Source: Tubiluchus corallicola (lineage: Eukaryota > Animalia > Priapulida). From it: DNA of 64,000 nucleotides. Positions 40,300-53,540 of the stretch are shown piece by piece. The stretch is taken from positions 1,860,001-1,924,000 of the forward strand of contig JAQGDQ010000001.1 of NCBI GenBank assembly GCA_030141605.1. The letters run 5' to 3'. Position 1 is the first letter of the stretch, and every line of letters begins with the position of its first letter. The notes under the pieces were generated by a model, which was given only the letters and a program-made list of their open reading frames with translations, was not told the origin of the DNA and did no database searches. A program made the translations under genes and the position numbers.

Positions 40300-41960
40300 G
40301 TTCTAAATAGATTTATCCGTATTTTCCTCCTTCCCAATTTCTTGCTTCTTTCTTCTTTTCTTTAAGCACATTGCTAAAACACTGACACGCGTCTGGAGAT
40401 TTAAAGTGCAGTGGTAAACCCAGCATGATGTTTCAAAATTTCCTTTACTGTCGTTACCGAAAAAAACTTTAATTATTCAGAAATAGCCCTTATTGGACAA
40501 TTTCTGTTATTAACTTCTTAATGCGCATAAATGTAAGCTTCTTTTATGTTGAAAGAATCAGTCAATAAATGTACGCACATTGACATCTTCTAACATCATT
40601 GACATAACATGTTGTGTATCTGTTGGCATTTGTTAATCTTGTTTTAGAAGCCATTTACATGTACCAGCTACTGAGTTAAGCGAAAGTAAAAAAGAAATAT
40701 TGAGTTTGATCATAATAAGATCTCGATATTTATACTGTGTGGAAACTCTTGGAAATCAGTCTCAAGTGAAAATATTTCTAATTTTCAGTGTAAAATGAAA
40801 AGGTGTGTGTCATCTATTAAACGTAATTTCATCTATTAGGGTTATTTAAAGAACCTCACAGATCGTTTGACTTTTAATTTTTCAAAACTGAATTCTTGAC
40901 ATCTGCCAAATCTTATTCTTCTTGGCCAATTTCCTAACTTTTAGAAATTTTTTAAAAGCAAAAATTGTTTGATAGCACTGAATCAAGAGTAGTGAGTATA
41001 GAGGTGTTATTAGTACATTTTTGTGATTTTGACATCATTATTTGAGCTTGTTGCCGATATTTTTGCGATTTTGATATTAGCATTTGAGCTGGATGATGAC
41101 GTGAATTGAGGAACCCAAGTCGCATGCAGGAGTAATGAGGTAATCTATATCAGGCGGATGATTGATGATAAAAAAACATCTGTCCTGAAATAATTATAGG
41201 GTCCGTCTGCTGAATTTCTATTATTAAACCAAACCAAGCTCATTTGAAAATGTTCGTGATTTATAGTTTTTTTTTCAAAATACTGTTGGGAGGAAAACGT
41301 CTTAGAATATTTTCAATCACATATCTTCTTCACTTACTCTTCAATTTTTGTTCGTTCTCAATACATTTATCCGTGTTTTCCTTCTTCCTACTTTTTTGCT
41401 ATGTACCTCTCTTCTTCTTTCATCTTTCTTTTAAGTACGTTGCTGAAACACTGACATGAGCTTGGAAATTTTAAGCGTATTGGTAAATCCAGTAATGTTT
41501 TTCAGAATTTGCTTCACTTTCGTTATCGAAAAAACTTTAATTATTCAGAAATAGCCCTTACTGGGCAATTTTCAAGTTTCTGTTATTAATTTCTTGGTGT
41601 GTATAAATACAAGTTTCTTTAATTTTGAAAGAATTTGTCAATCAATGTACGCACATTGATGTCATTTATCCATGTTAGGTGTCTGTTTGACATTTCTTTG
41701 ACCGCGTTCTAGAAGCATTTTACACCCGTTACTGAGTTAAGCGAAAATAAAAAAAGAGTTTATATTAGTTTGGTTATAATAAGATTATGAAATCATATGT
41801 ATGTGCGTCAGATATTAAACGTAATTTCAACTATTAGGGTTATTTAAAGAATCTCACAGCTCGTCTGAGTGTTAATTTTTCAAAATTGAATTTTTGACTT
41901 CTGTCAGAACCCACTCTTCTTAGTTAATTCAAAATTTTGCGACTTTTACAAATGCTTAAA
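40300..41960 (+). repeat. Diverged direct duplication of ~600-650 bp (about 40300-40960 and 41365-41960)
   Basis: Collinear shared blocks: AAAAAACTTTAATTATTCAGAAATAGCCCTTA, ATGTACGCACATTGA, TACTGAGTTAAGCGAAA, TATTAGGGTTATTTAAAGAA. Confidence 0.85.
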
Positions 41961-43297
41961 ATCGGCTATAGGCTCCAGTCCTGTGATTACAAACATACAT
42001 AAGCATGTGGCATTCTTCATCTAAATAAAGTCTCGTTCAAGTGAAAAAAGATACTGCAGTTTTTTCGAGGTTGAGTTCGCCATTTCCGGTTTCAAATGCA
42101 TTAGCGATTTACCTATGTATTGCATGTATGGTAGCTCAACATGTGTGAATATTTTGTTTGGACATTTCCAGTATCATAGTCTTGTTTACCGACAATGTAG
42201 AATTCTGGATTCACTGAAATGGGGACTAACTGGGCATCATGATGAGATTTATATTTTCATCAGAAAATTGCCTCTTTAGTCTATATTAACAATGAAGCTT
42301 AAATCACTCATAAGCATTCATGGAAATCTGTATATAGCCACCCGACTGCATTAGCATGATCAAGGTTTTGTGCACTAGTCTGAGCGGAGCTAGGACATTT
42401 TATTAACTTTCTGATAGAGATGACTGTAGAGCATGATCGTTAAGCAGTTTTTTCTCACTTGTTTGGCATATGTACAAAACGGCATTATTGAACGTTAGGA
42501 TAATTTCCGATCAATCAAGCGAAAAATTAAAATAAGTGCCTTTTATCAGTCTCAGTGCCTCATAGATTACAGATGTAGAATATGCGTTATCCGTCTAACT
42601 TCTGCGGAAAACGCTCTTAAAACGTTTCATTCTGCACTTGACTAACATCAGTAAAAATTAATCTGATTACAGGTATTCGTATAATAAGATAAAGACCTCC
42701 AACTGACATCTTCATCTGGTGTCTTCATTTTAATAAAATTATCGACGTGCATGCAATGCATTTTCATAGTAGAATTTCCTACCAGAATATAAGCCCCGTC
42801 GTTCATGTTATGACGGAGCCTTGATTAGAAAATATCTACCATTAACTACCCGGTCGGTATGCTGGAGCAGTGGGTCAGTACACAAAGAACTTATTTTACG
42901 GTTCTGACCCAACATTTTAGATTCTGGGTCATAAAACTTTTTCAGGACGTTAACACGAAAAGAATTTCGATGTAAAGTAACATTCCACGTAGTACTTAAG
43001 GCAGCCGCCAAGACGAAAACCGTTTTTATTATGAACGCAAAAACACTTTATATCTGTTGCCAGTATCTAAACATATCAGGAAAATAATCTGTTGCATCTA
43101 CATTTACTCACACCAACTCAAATGGCGTTTTTAATGTTCCTAGCAGCCATCCTGAATATTACGCGAAATATCCCTGGTGTAATATTAGCATCTACTCGGC
43201 AGTGTAAAACCATAAAACGGCTAAAATCTGATGTTAAGGGGATTCTGCAATTATTGATTAATGGAAGTGATTTTGTTTTTGTAACCATCCCACCTTA

Positions 43298-43572
43298 AGT
43301 CAGTCAGTCAGTCAGTCAGTCAGTCAGTCAGTCAGTCAGTCAGTCAGTCAGTCAGTCAGTCAGTCAGTCAGTCAGTCAGTCAGTCAGTCAGTCAGTCAGT
43401 CAGTCAGTCAGTCAGACAGTCAGTCAGTCAGTCAGTCAGTCAGTCAGTCAGTCAGTCAGTCAGTCAGTCAGTCAGTCAGTCAGTCAGTCAGTCAGTCAGT
43501 CAGTCAGTCAGTCAGTCAGTCAGTCAGTCAGTCAGTCAGTCAGTCAGTCAGTCAGTCAGTCAGTCAGTCAGT
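43298..43572. repeat. (GTCA)n tetranucleotide microsatellite
   Basis: Near-pure run of ~275 bp. Confidence 0.99.
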
Positions 43573-44967
43573 TTGTTCACTGATAGCGTAAATTTAACTT
43601 AGCAATGCTTCCTATAAGTTGTCTCTTTGTTTTCATTTCTAATATTGTTCATTCCTCATAAACACTTACTGGCTGACAGCCCCTACCGTACAGAATAACT
43701 ATAAACCTACGGGAAAAACGTGAAAATAAATAAGAAAATAATAAAAATCGGCCCGTACCCCTATGACGATTTGTCACTTATTCCAGAAAATGTATCACTG
43801 TTACCTGACTGCAAGAAATAAACGCATTAATAATTTCGATGTTTAGGATGTGTGTGTGATATACGATTCTATGTTAACACATAGTCGTTGTTTCTGACGA
43901 GCAAAGTATTGGTCTTCAATGAAAAAAGCCTACCGACGCCGATTGCTTACCAGTGTTTAGGGATCAAAGTTCAGTATGAAAATGAAAACTTTGTTTTTGC
44001 AACCTAAATCTTTGAGCGGAAACCTTGCTTCGTGGTAAAGCAATAAATCTTGATACTTGAATCAACTACTTGAAAGATATTTCAATTATATCTATTTATA
44101 GGCAGAAAAATACGTGTAAAACGACTTATGTGTGATAAGTTTAAAAGACTTATGTAAGTACTAACATTCGATTTTAAACAACCTAAGATGCCCAAACTAA
44201 ATTTAAAAAATGGAAAGCTAACTACCTTGCATTGTTTTTACTAATTTTTAAAGTGTTCAGTTCTTCGTGAGGTCTTCCGCAGTTTAATTCATCAGCAATA
44301 CTTGACTGTGTTTTTTGATTAAAAGTTGTTTAATCAGGTATACACACACTTTAGCACCCTATTTGGCATGTTTAAGAGTGTTTATGCACTCGCTTTTACC
44401 GTGATCTTTGTAAGTAGTCTTAAGGGGTTGTGGAGCAGCTAGCTAGTTAAAGGTGATTGGTCTTTGTGAGATGGACTCCAGCCAGCTAACAAATCAGCTA
44501 GTTGCCAGTTAGCCATTCCTCAAAGTACCTAGTTATGATTCAGCTAAAACAGACAAAAATCTAACAGACATGGGTGTTTTTCTCTGCTTAAAAGTAGTTT
44601 GTCAGAAAAGCGTCGTTTTGTAAAGCTATTTTTGTAATATTCTGTCATTTTTTATTCTTTTCTATTGTGTCAAGCGGCTTACTCAATGGTATTTTTGCAT
44701 GTTGGTTAATGAGCTGGAAGCTGTTTTGTGATCCTCACTCTGGGAGGCACTTACGCATTTCCTGTCATTCTTCTGCCAGTAATGTCTTTTGCATCCTGTC
44801 CTGAAACTTATAAGAATGCAAACGATCTGTATTAGTATTAAATTTAAGGTGATTTATAATCGGAAAGAATTTAGAGGAAAAATGATTTGCTGAATTTTAA
44901 ACTAATGCAAACATACGTGGTGTACTGTAAGAACAAAGCAAAGCAAAACAAACAAGAAATAATACGT

Positions 44968-45247
<280 letters not shown>

Positions 45248-45829
45248 TTGCGTGAGTGAGAGAAAGCAGAGAGCAAACTAGGCAGAGAAAACAGGAATTC
45301 CAGTGGCAAGACTATAATCATGGGACTTCAATTTAGCACTGATAAAATGTCTGAAGGAAAATCTTACCCGTTATTTGTAAGGGTGACGCAGATGCTACAT
45401 TATGTAATGGAAGCTTTTGTGCTATTGTAGTCTGTAAGCTTTAATTTTAGTTGCAGTTACAATGTTAACAGCAACATTCAAAATCCCCTGAAGAATCTAA
45501 CTAATTTATATGAAAATTTATAAGAAAATTTTTGCTTCTGCGCAAAGGCAACATTTTGTGTCGTTGTCAGAGACAACAATGACGAATAAAGTCCAATTTT
45601 ATGACCAAGTTGTGAAGCAAATTTTACTATCAATTAATAGCGACAAATGAATTTGATGTTCGCTCACTCTTTGGGCATCTCGAACGCTCCCACTCCATCG
45701 TTATCGTCGTCGTTATCAGTTCAACCATCGCTATCTAATCTGTTTTCGCTCGCGGGTTGAACTGTCTGTAGCAGTTCTTTTCACTGTGTTTATTCAGTTA
45801 CAGCATCTCTTCTGTCACGTACACACTGA

Positions 45830-47060
45830 CGGCTGATAAGTCCAGTAGCAGACCCTCCAGCTTACCCACAGGTCACAAGGATGCTGTTCGTTGTTAGGCT
45901 CTCCAGATTTCCTTTATCACCTGGCTTTCTCCGTTGCTCTCACGCACATACTTTCGACACGAGCTACACTGGTTTTAACCACATTTTAACCTTAAGCACT
46001 TCTATCTAGTGCTAACTTATGAAAGTCATCAATGGAACATTTTAAATCGTTTAAATCAAATTTATATCATTTGCTTTGGAGCTTCAGGGGTTCTCTCCTT
46101 TTCGCAGTTCTCCATATAAGAGCCTTTTAGCAATTGTACGTCCTCTACACGGGTGTGCCTCCATTTGAAGGTATCAACATTCCTCATGTAACAGTGCTCA
46201 AGTATACCTCTGTGTTTGGTACTTTGGCTGAGACTGATGTCATATATGTTACGGAAGCATCCCATATGGAAGGAATCCAGCTTCTTCTGAGTCCAAACTC
46301 TTCATGTGAGGTTTTTGAAAACCGTGCATGTTCCACAGTTGTAAAGAAGAGACATCTGTGATGTACCACAATATATAAGTGATTGCAGCCCATCATCAGA
46401 AACCTTAGTACCCATCACTTCCAGGTTTCCAAATGGCTACACTGTTTGTTTATCGAGATATCGTCATCAATAGTGACAGCACATCGGCTGCTGAACTGAA
46501 TCTGTCCATTGCTTGCTTGCGTCTTCCATTGAATCAGCCACGAATGTGCATTTATCTGTATACATTAGTTCTCTGACGAGTGCTCTGACATAAAGTCTCA
46601 CTCAATGTCAGCGCGGAATAAAAATCTTCCGTCACTGCTGAATCTTCTATCAATGCCACTACTGTAACCGAATCTGGTAGGAGGATTTAAGGGTAAAGGA
46701 AAAGTAGCGGATACCCGAATCCTGATAAGGCTCCTCCTGATGACTGCGGGTGTGATGTAGTTGTGAGAGAGGTAGATAGCGAGTCTGGTTGTATTAATTG
46801 CCTTTTAAAATGTCCAGATATCCTACCCGAAAGCTACACTGACTCTCAAAGTTGTACATCATCACTCATCAGTGGAATTGTGTTCACAGCAACTCTACGC
46901 AGAACTTTCACTGAACCAAGAAGACTAATGTTACAACGCTTACCATTAATTAATGATACGGTCACCGTTTTTCCTATACAAGTGTACAATGTGTTCAGTA
47001 AAATTCTGAGTAAGATAGCAGTGAAGGACAACTCTCCAGTAGCTCAAGAAACAATGGCCT
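45830..47060 (-). mobile_element. Decayed RTE-clade LINE (RT N-terminal part plus C-terminal region, internally deleted)
   Basis: Minus-strand remnants CNISLLGSVKVLRRVAVN…ES (cf. YRGISLLS..GKVLARI…ESQ), CFRNIYDISLS…LEHC.M, and KLALDRSA (cf. LAxDRxxWR). Confidence 0.7.
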
Positions 47061-47151
47061 TTTGAATGGCAGGTAATCATGTGGTCCTAGTAATTGGGAT
47101 GTTATTTTATAAATACATTATTTTCAGTTAATGTAAATTGCTATATTTCAG

Positions 47152-47727
47152 ATGTCTCATTTTCTAAATGTGGGGCTATTGCTGCTGACAGTTTCGACCG
47201 TTTATTGCAACTTTCCTTTGATGGATTGCATCGCTGAGTGCTTCTTGTGTAGGGAAAGCATGGATAAAGGAAAAGAGTCTATGGAAATTTGTGCAAGCTG
47301 GTGCATACTGACAGCCGGAAAGAGTGGCGGAAGAGGCTGTAGGGAAGCCGCCATTTCCTGGGAAACGGACAATGTTATCAACGACGACGGCAAAGTGGCA
47401 CTGCTTGAGGCATTCATGAGTAAGTTTGACATGCCCACGCAGCGCCGAAGCCTCAGATTAATGACTGCTCCTCAGAAAGATGCGAACGAACAGTTAGCCC
47501 AAAATGTGAATAAAAACAGTAATGATCAAATTGAAAATCTTGATAGGAGGAAAAAATTCGACCCGTATCGCATTTGCCTGGAGCAGTGTGTTCAATGCGT
47601 TTTGCTTTATGGTTATGGTACATACGATGGACCACTGTGTGCCAATGCCTGTGTACGCAGTAGCGGACAGAGTTCAGATCCAGAGTGTATTAACAGCGCG
47701 TTCTACATATTAAATAAAAGAGGTTAG
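47152..47727 (+). CDS. Secreted eclosion-hormone-like neuropeptide precursor, 191 aa, with two tandem EH-like six-Cys domains
   Basis: Signal-peptide-like aa 1-19. Domain 1 (47227-47340) and domain 2 (47575-47688) both read C-x3-C-x2-C-x13-C-x3-C-x11-C. Domain 2 'FDPYRICLEQCVQC…YDGPLCANAC…DPEC…ILNK' aligns with lepidopteran EH 'YDPMEICIENCAQC…FEGPLCAESC…IPEC…FLNKL'. RRKK precedes it and KR follows it. A splice acceptor TTTCAG directly precedes the ATG. Confidence 0.85.
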   Translation: MSHFLNVGLLLLTVSTVYCNFPLMDCIAECFLCRESMDKGKESMEICASWCILTAGKSGGRGCREAAISWETDNVINDDGKVALLEAFMSKFDMPTQRRSLRLMTAPQKDANEQLAQNVNKNSNDQIENLDRRKKFDPYRICLEQCVQCVLLYGYGTYDGPLCANACVRSSGQSSDPECINSAFYILNKRG

Positions 47728-48078
47728 GCACGTCTCTACGTTTATGGCCTGTTTTGCAAAAAGTATCCCGATTGGTGAATGTTCATACGTACAGGGTGAC
47801 TGCTATCCGGTGACGACAATTCGCAAATTAAAAACAACTTAATATATAAAACCTGCTCGCATTACGCCTTACCAAAGCTTGCAGTAATGTTGATAAACCC
47901 ATGTGGTGACATTCATGTGACAATTATGTGCACCACATGCATGTTGCAGATACTATGTCAAATGTTAATGGCTAATTTAAAGTGCTGTGTGGTTAATACA
48001 GTATGTTTACAATTCACTGGACTGGAGGAATTGCTTGAAGCTTTTTATTGCGTTTTTAATTCTGTTCGTATTATTCAA

Positions 48079-48309
<231 letters not shown>

Positions 48310-50886
48310 TTGCAAGTTGCCTATAAAAAATCCACATACAGCAAATTCAAATTAAAATATTCACAGACATAGGATAAGCGCACAACATACATTAATATAA
48401 ATGAAAAACCGCACTAAAATCAACCATTTACCACTTGTCCTCCTGTCCAATGCGGTGAAGTCGTTCAACCTTATGGAAAAGTAAACGAATATTTACCAAA
48501 AAGCTTGATATAAGGTGAGTAAGTACTTATTCTGTTTTATTTTCTGACTCTGTTTGTGTTCCTTTTCTTCTTACTTTTCTTCTTTCTTTCTCTTTTGTTT
48601 CCCGTCCCTTTTAAACTTCTGTCCTACAGTTCGTCATTGCAGAAACTGGGAATGCATATGCTTGAGGCAGGATTAATTATAGTTACTGATCCCATTCAGT
48701 TTACTTTTGACAGAGAACTTTGAAACAATGAGTTAGTCCGCTTCACAATGCAAATTTCCTTGCCCAAGTAGTAACACTTGTTTGTTGGCAATTTTGACAA
48801 GGACTGCAATGATTAGGAAATCTTTTCCAGTGTCTGTCTTGTCAAGCAGTGTATTTTAGCATATAATGCATTCTTCCCTGGTCATAACTGGTTCCGATTA
48901 TTAACATGACTAACGACACTGCACATAATTTAGATCTAGCTACTTTACTCTACTATCTTTGTCAACGTTGCTTTTGGGTTCTACTACGTAGCGTTCCTGT
49001 TTCAAGTCATAATATAGCCTAACGCTGCCTAAAACGGCCGTAACAGTGCCGAAAATGATAAATTTTTCAGATACCCAATTCTGTTGTTCTATAGTTATTA
49101 TGAAATATTAAATAATTTCCTCTAGTTTAGACCTTGAAACTATTGTTGAGTTTAAAATAAGAAAATGAAACAAAATTTAGGGTGGAAATAACAGCTCACA
49201 AAGTCCATAACTTATGCTTACGTGAGGTATGAAAATGTTACTGTCAGTTTATGTCGCTAATTCCACTTATCATGATTGGTTTAGGAAAAAACTTTAATAC
49301 TTTACTTTTATGTCGACATTTTATTTTATAGCTTTTCATTTCCTGTATAGAAATCAAGGTACTTTATTGGCTAGCGCTGCATTGAAGAGAAAATTAATAA
49401 TTTGAAATGTGAGAGTTGTAATCCACCATGCCACAAAAGTGTGTCATTAAGGAGGAAAAGTTTGAAATTTTAATATCTGTTAAGCTAGATATTTATCCAC
49501 ATGCGCGAGATTTTTATGGTTGCTTAGCTTGTGCTTATAGCTTGTTCTAGGTGTTACGTAACTTTCTCCGTATATAATTAAAATGTCAAAGTCTTGCATT
49601 TCTCTTTCTACATCCGGTCGAGAGTTTGATTCTATAAAACGTTTCAGCTGTAACGACTAACATGTAAAATGCTTCGTGAAGGCTAATAAGACCTCGAAGA
49701 TGAGACTAGGAAGTCTAAATATTCAAAATCATTAGATTAAATCACCAACATAAACAAAAATAAAGATACTTGTGCAAAATCAACCACTGTTTTAGTGACA
49801 GTTTTTTTTTTACAATCTATCGCGATGTAGTTATAACATGTCAAATTTAAAATCGCCTAAGATGAAGTCTTTATATGTTTTTATATTTGTTTATAGCACT
49901 GTAAAATTTCATTTCAGATGCGTAATGAGAACGTATTCATTTGAAAATCACAGGTGGCATCACATTTATACCAGCTAAATGTTTGGACATAATAATTATA
50001 ATGAAAAGCCCAATATATAGTCTATATATATGTCTATATGTAGTCTATATTTAAGTAGACAAAAGAAAAGTTAATATGATATTTTTATTTCTTTATAAAA
50101 TTTAAAGAAATTCGTCCTTTAGTATAAAATGGGAGTATGGAAATCCACAGTAACTTACCCACTTATGCGCTTGACTCACAGAACGTAATGCGTTTAAGTG
50201 AAATTATGATTAAGCGACTTTGTAAATTTATATACATTGATGGCCAAAGGAACTTGAGATGTGACATGAGTCCGGACTAAATCAGAGTCACCCAGACTCA
50301 GTTAATTAAGTAAGCTTAAAGCTGGTGAAATAATGTAGAATCGCAGTATTGATGTCACAGACAGATAGTAAAAATTGTAATTAAAAGAACGTTGTGATTT
50401 TTAATTAGTCTGTTATGAATTATTTGAACATTTAAATTTAAATTAAAGCAAGTATTGGTGCCATTACTATAACAATTTTTTCCGCTGTTTATAATTCACA
50501 ATAAATTTCATTGTCAATAAACTGCCAACTGGCAACAACACGTACATTCAACTACTACGAAGCAGCATACAGACAGCAATGGTATAAATATTATGGCTTT
50601 TACTATTGTTTTTGTTTTGAATCGATGTAAAGACAGGCAAGTGATATTCGGGATTGAGCTCACGTGACCTATTCTAGGCTAACTTAGTATACTAAAGGGA
50701 ATTTATCATAATCTTTTCTCATTAACTGAAAAGTGTATCCGCTTAAGTTTTTTAAATCTTATGTGTAAATTGGTGAACTTTTTCGTAATGACATCAACAG
50801 ACAAAAAATCTGCTGGAACAATAAGCTAAATTCTTGAAAGCCTCAGGTTTTGCTAATGAAAGGCGTTAAGTTTAGTACGTATCCGG

Positions 50887-50900
50887 CCGCTAGATGGCAC
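50887..50900 (+). promoter_or_regulatory. CTCF-type binding motif upstream of 7SL
   Basis: CCGCTAGATGGCAC matches the core consensus CCRSYAGRKGGCRS at every position; it is a GC-rich spot in AT-rich DNA. Confidence 0.55.
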
Positions 50901-51126
50901 AACGCTACAGCAGCAAACACCAAACCATAATTACGTCGTATGCGCAAGAGATTTCATGATCCGTAATATTGATCGATACAATAAAAATATCGGTACTTAG
51001 TTTTTAAAATGCAATTTTCTGCATGTCGAATGTTATTTAGTTTTAATGATATTATTTTTAGAACCTTTATATTAAGAGGATAAGCATCAAAACATCTCAT
51101 GAGCTCGATTAGAAGTTTAATTTTTG

Positions 51127-51423
51127 GCCGGGTGCGGTGGCTTGCGCCTGTAATCCAGCTACTTGGAGGCGTGGGTTGGTGGATGGTTTGAGGGTGGGAG
51201 TCCTGTTGTGTAACTGTTTATGTTGATCGGATGTCCGCACTAAGCTTCGCATCAATATGGTTGCTTGGTTGGGAGCACTGGGCAACCAGGTTGTCAAAGG
51301 AGGAGTGTACCGGGTCAGGGTGGAAACACAGCAGCCAAAAACTCCCGTGCCGAGCAGTAGTGGGATCGCATCTGTGAATAGGCGTTGCATTACAGCCCAT
51401 CCGATACAGTCGGACCCAACTCT
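51127..51423 (+). ncRNA. RN7SL: 7SL / signal recognition particle RNA (Pol III)
   Basis: 5' Alu domain GCCGGGTGCGGTGGC…GCCTGTAATCC.AGCTACT. Conserved GTCCGCACTAAG, GCATCAATATGGT, helix-8 CAGG-GTG-GAAA-CAC-AGCAG and AAAACTCCCGTGC…CAGTAGTGGGATCGC. ~297 nt. Confidence 0.97.
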
Positions 51424-51428
51424 TTTTT
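51423..51428 (+). terminator. Pol III oligo-T terminator of 7SL
   Basis: TTTTTT immediately after the 7SL 3' end. Confidence 0.8.
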
Positions 51429-51783
51429 GTTTCTTTGACAATCGGTGCGGATTTTTCATTTTAACTTTTAAAATTTGCTTCCTATTCAATATATTCAATG
51501 TATTAATGAATACTTTGATATTATAAAGTATAAATTGAAACCATTTGTTTTTATTTATGTTTGATAAGTGGGACCAGTCAAGTCATGTTGTCAGTTTTGC
51601 ATTGGTAGTTTTTAACCTTTCTGTTCATGAGCCTTGTGGGTTAAATATATATAAAGTAAAAAATGAGAGAAAAACAAGAGAAGAAAAGAAGACGAAGAAG
51701 CAGAACAAGAGCATTACTTTTTTAGTAATGAATTGTAGTGCAAAAAGAAATGAAGAGGTCAAGTGCAAAGAAATTTTCACGAA

Positions 51784-52702
51784 TAGGGTAACGTGGGGTC
51801 AACAGGCCCCGTTTAACTTTAAGAGGCTACTGTGTCCTCATTATTTAATGCGGAGACTTGTAATTTTCGATAGGTGTTATTTTATTTATATACCTTAATG
51901 TAAAAAGAATTACGTTTGTTAGCTACTCTGTTTCGATGTTGGTTTAAAATTTGTTTTAGGGAAAAGGGGCAGGGAGCCAATGTAATTTTATACATATAAA
52001 TACATTTTTTTCACGAAAAAAGGCTTAATTTAGGCACAAACAGCTTGCCTACTATTTCAAGATATTTTCACACATCATCCATGTTTTTTTTAGCTAATAA
52101 AATTAATGTTTTAAACTTACTAACCTATGAAAAATATTCCATACTAACTTCAATTATTGAGTTTATGAACTTTGACTTTTAAAAAAATGAAAGGCTTTAC
52201 TGATGCTTCTCTTATAACTTCGAACTTATACTTGTGCTCGCTAAGTCTCGCTTACATTCTAGCTACATACAAAAATCAATATTGGTAAGTTATAAATTAG
52301 ATAATTAAAATGGAGCATAAAGCCATCGGGGGCGTTCTACCTCACAGATGGCAAGAGAAGGCCTTTTGCACCTTTGCATATCAAGACGTGTCATTGCGGT
52401 TTCAGGCCAAAAAGGTTAAGGCACAAGAAAACACTTCATATATAAAGCTTAAACCCCTTACGTGCTGTCTTATTGCATGCAGGGTTTACGTTAACAGAAA
52501 CGCTGTGTAAAACTTGTAAAGTTTAAACACCTGCGACCACCGTTAGTTCAGATTGTGCACTATATCGAAAACTGCAAATGCGGACTGTGAAAAATCTTTT
52601 CAGATTTGATTTTTGTCTCAACGTCGTAATTTTCTATTGCTGAATTCACAATGCTTGATTACCTAGGAAATCCTATTTTAACACTTTTGCCCATGTTACC
52701 TG
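51784..52702. mobile_element. Putative pogo/Tc1-like non-autonomous element
   Basis: Imperfect termini TAGGGTAACGTGGGG / GCCCATGTTACCTG. Confidence 0.35.
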
Positions 52703-53282
52703 ACCTGGCCACGCGCACTTTTCGAAAAATGCTTAGTAAACATCTACGCTCAATCGCCTACCCATGCGTGTAGTAACTAGTCCTATACTGCAAGTGGAGT
52801 TGAGTGACAAAATCATTTGCCCTAATTTTCACATTTTGGGTCCTGCCATTGTGACCTTTGACCCAGAGGTCACCACTGCTATACCGCTTTGTAGAAACCT
52901 ACTATACCTATATAGTAGCCACCTTTGTAGTCCAATCTAGTCAATTTTGGCTCAACTCGGAACTTTCCTAGACCCTAATTTCCGAAAAATACGTGTGTGA
53001 AAATTTTGAATTTAACTCAAAACCCTAGGAGGAGCTGGGGGACAAAGGAAAAACTGACCGTTGTCCAGTGTCCTCGACCTTTTGACTCGAGGTCACTGGT
53101 CACCATACAGCTGCACCATACTGTCCCCCATCAACAGGCGTCTACTCACTAAGTTTGGGGACTCTAGGTACCATCGTTTTGGAGTTATTCACTGTCGTAG
53201 CGAATAAATAAATTTAGAAACCGTTGCGGTTGATTTCCAATAAAATCGTGCAATATGCAGGATCTTAAGAAGGTGCGCAAAG

Positions 53283-53540
53283 TTTGAAAAATAATCAGAG
53301 AATTCACAGAACACATTTTACTAACTAAACAAAATTATGAGTTTTTGTAGCATATCAGTAAGATTAAAAATACGTTTGTGGTGAGTCGACGCGGTGCACA
53401 TACACTAGGAAGGTGAATCAGCGACATTTCACCAGCTAGCCCGAACATTATAAATTATTAAGAATTTTGTTTTCTAGTTATGTAAGTCTTTCAAGCAGTT
53501 AAGTGTAATGCTAAGTAATATAACTTTGTGTAGAAATTTT
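53283..53540 (+). repeat. Interspersed repeat family, copy 2
   Basis: Reverse complement of 56890-57140; similar to 28645-28880. Confidence 0.7.

Noticed and set aside
48432-48470. Short minus-strand AG…GT segment (VERLHRIGQEDK or LNDFTALDRRTS) as a possible downstream rGC exon
   Set aside because: No resemblance to rGC TM, KHD or cyclase sequence; too short to support.
51109-51526. ORFs of 129, 60 and 89 aa overlapping 51.1-51.5 kb, and an Alu-like start
   Set aside because: Explained by the GC-rich full-length 7SL RNA including the S domain; neither coding nor an Alu SINE.
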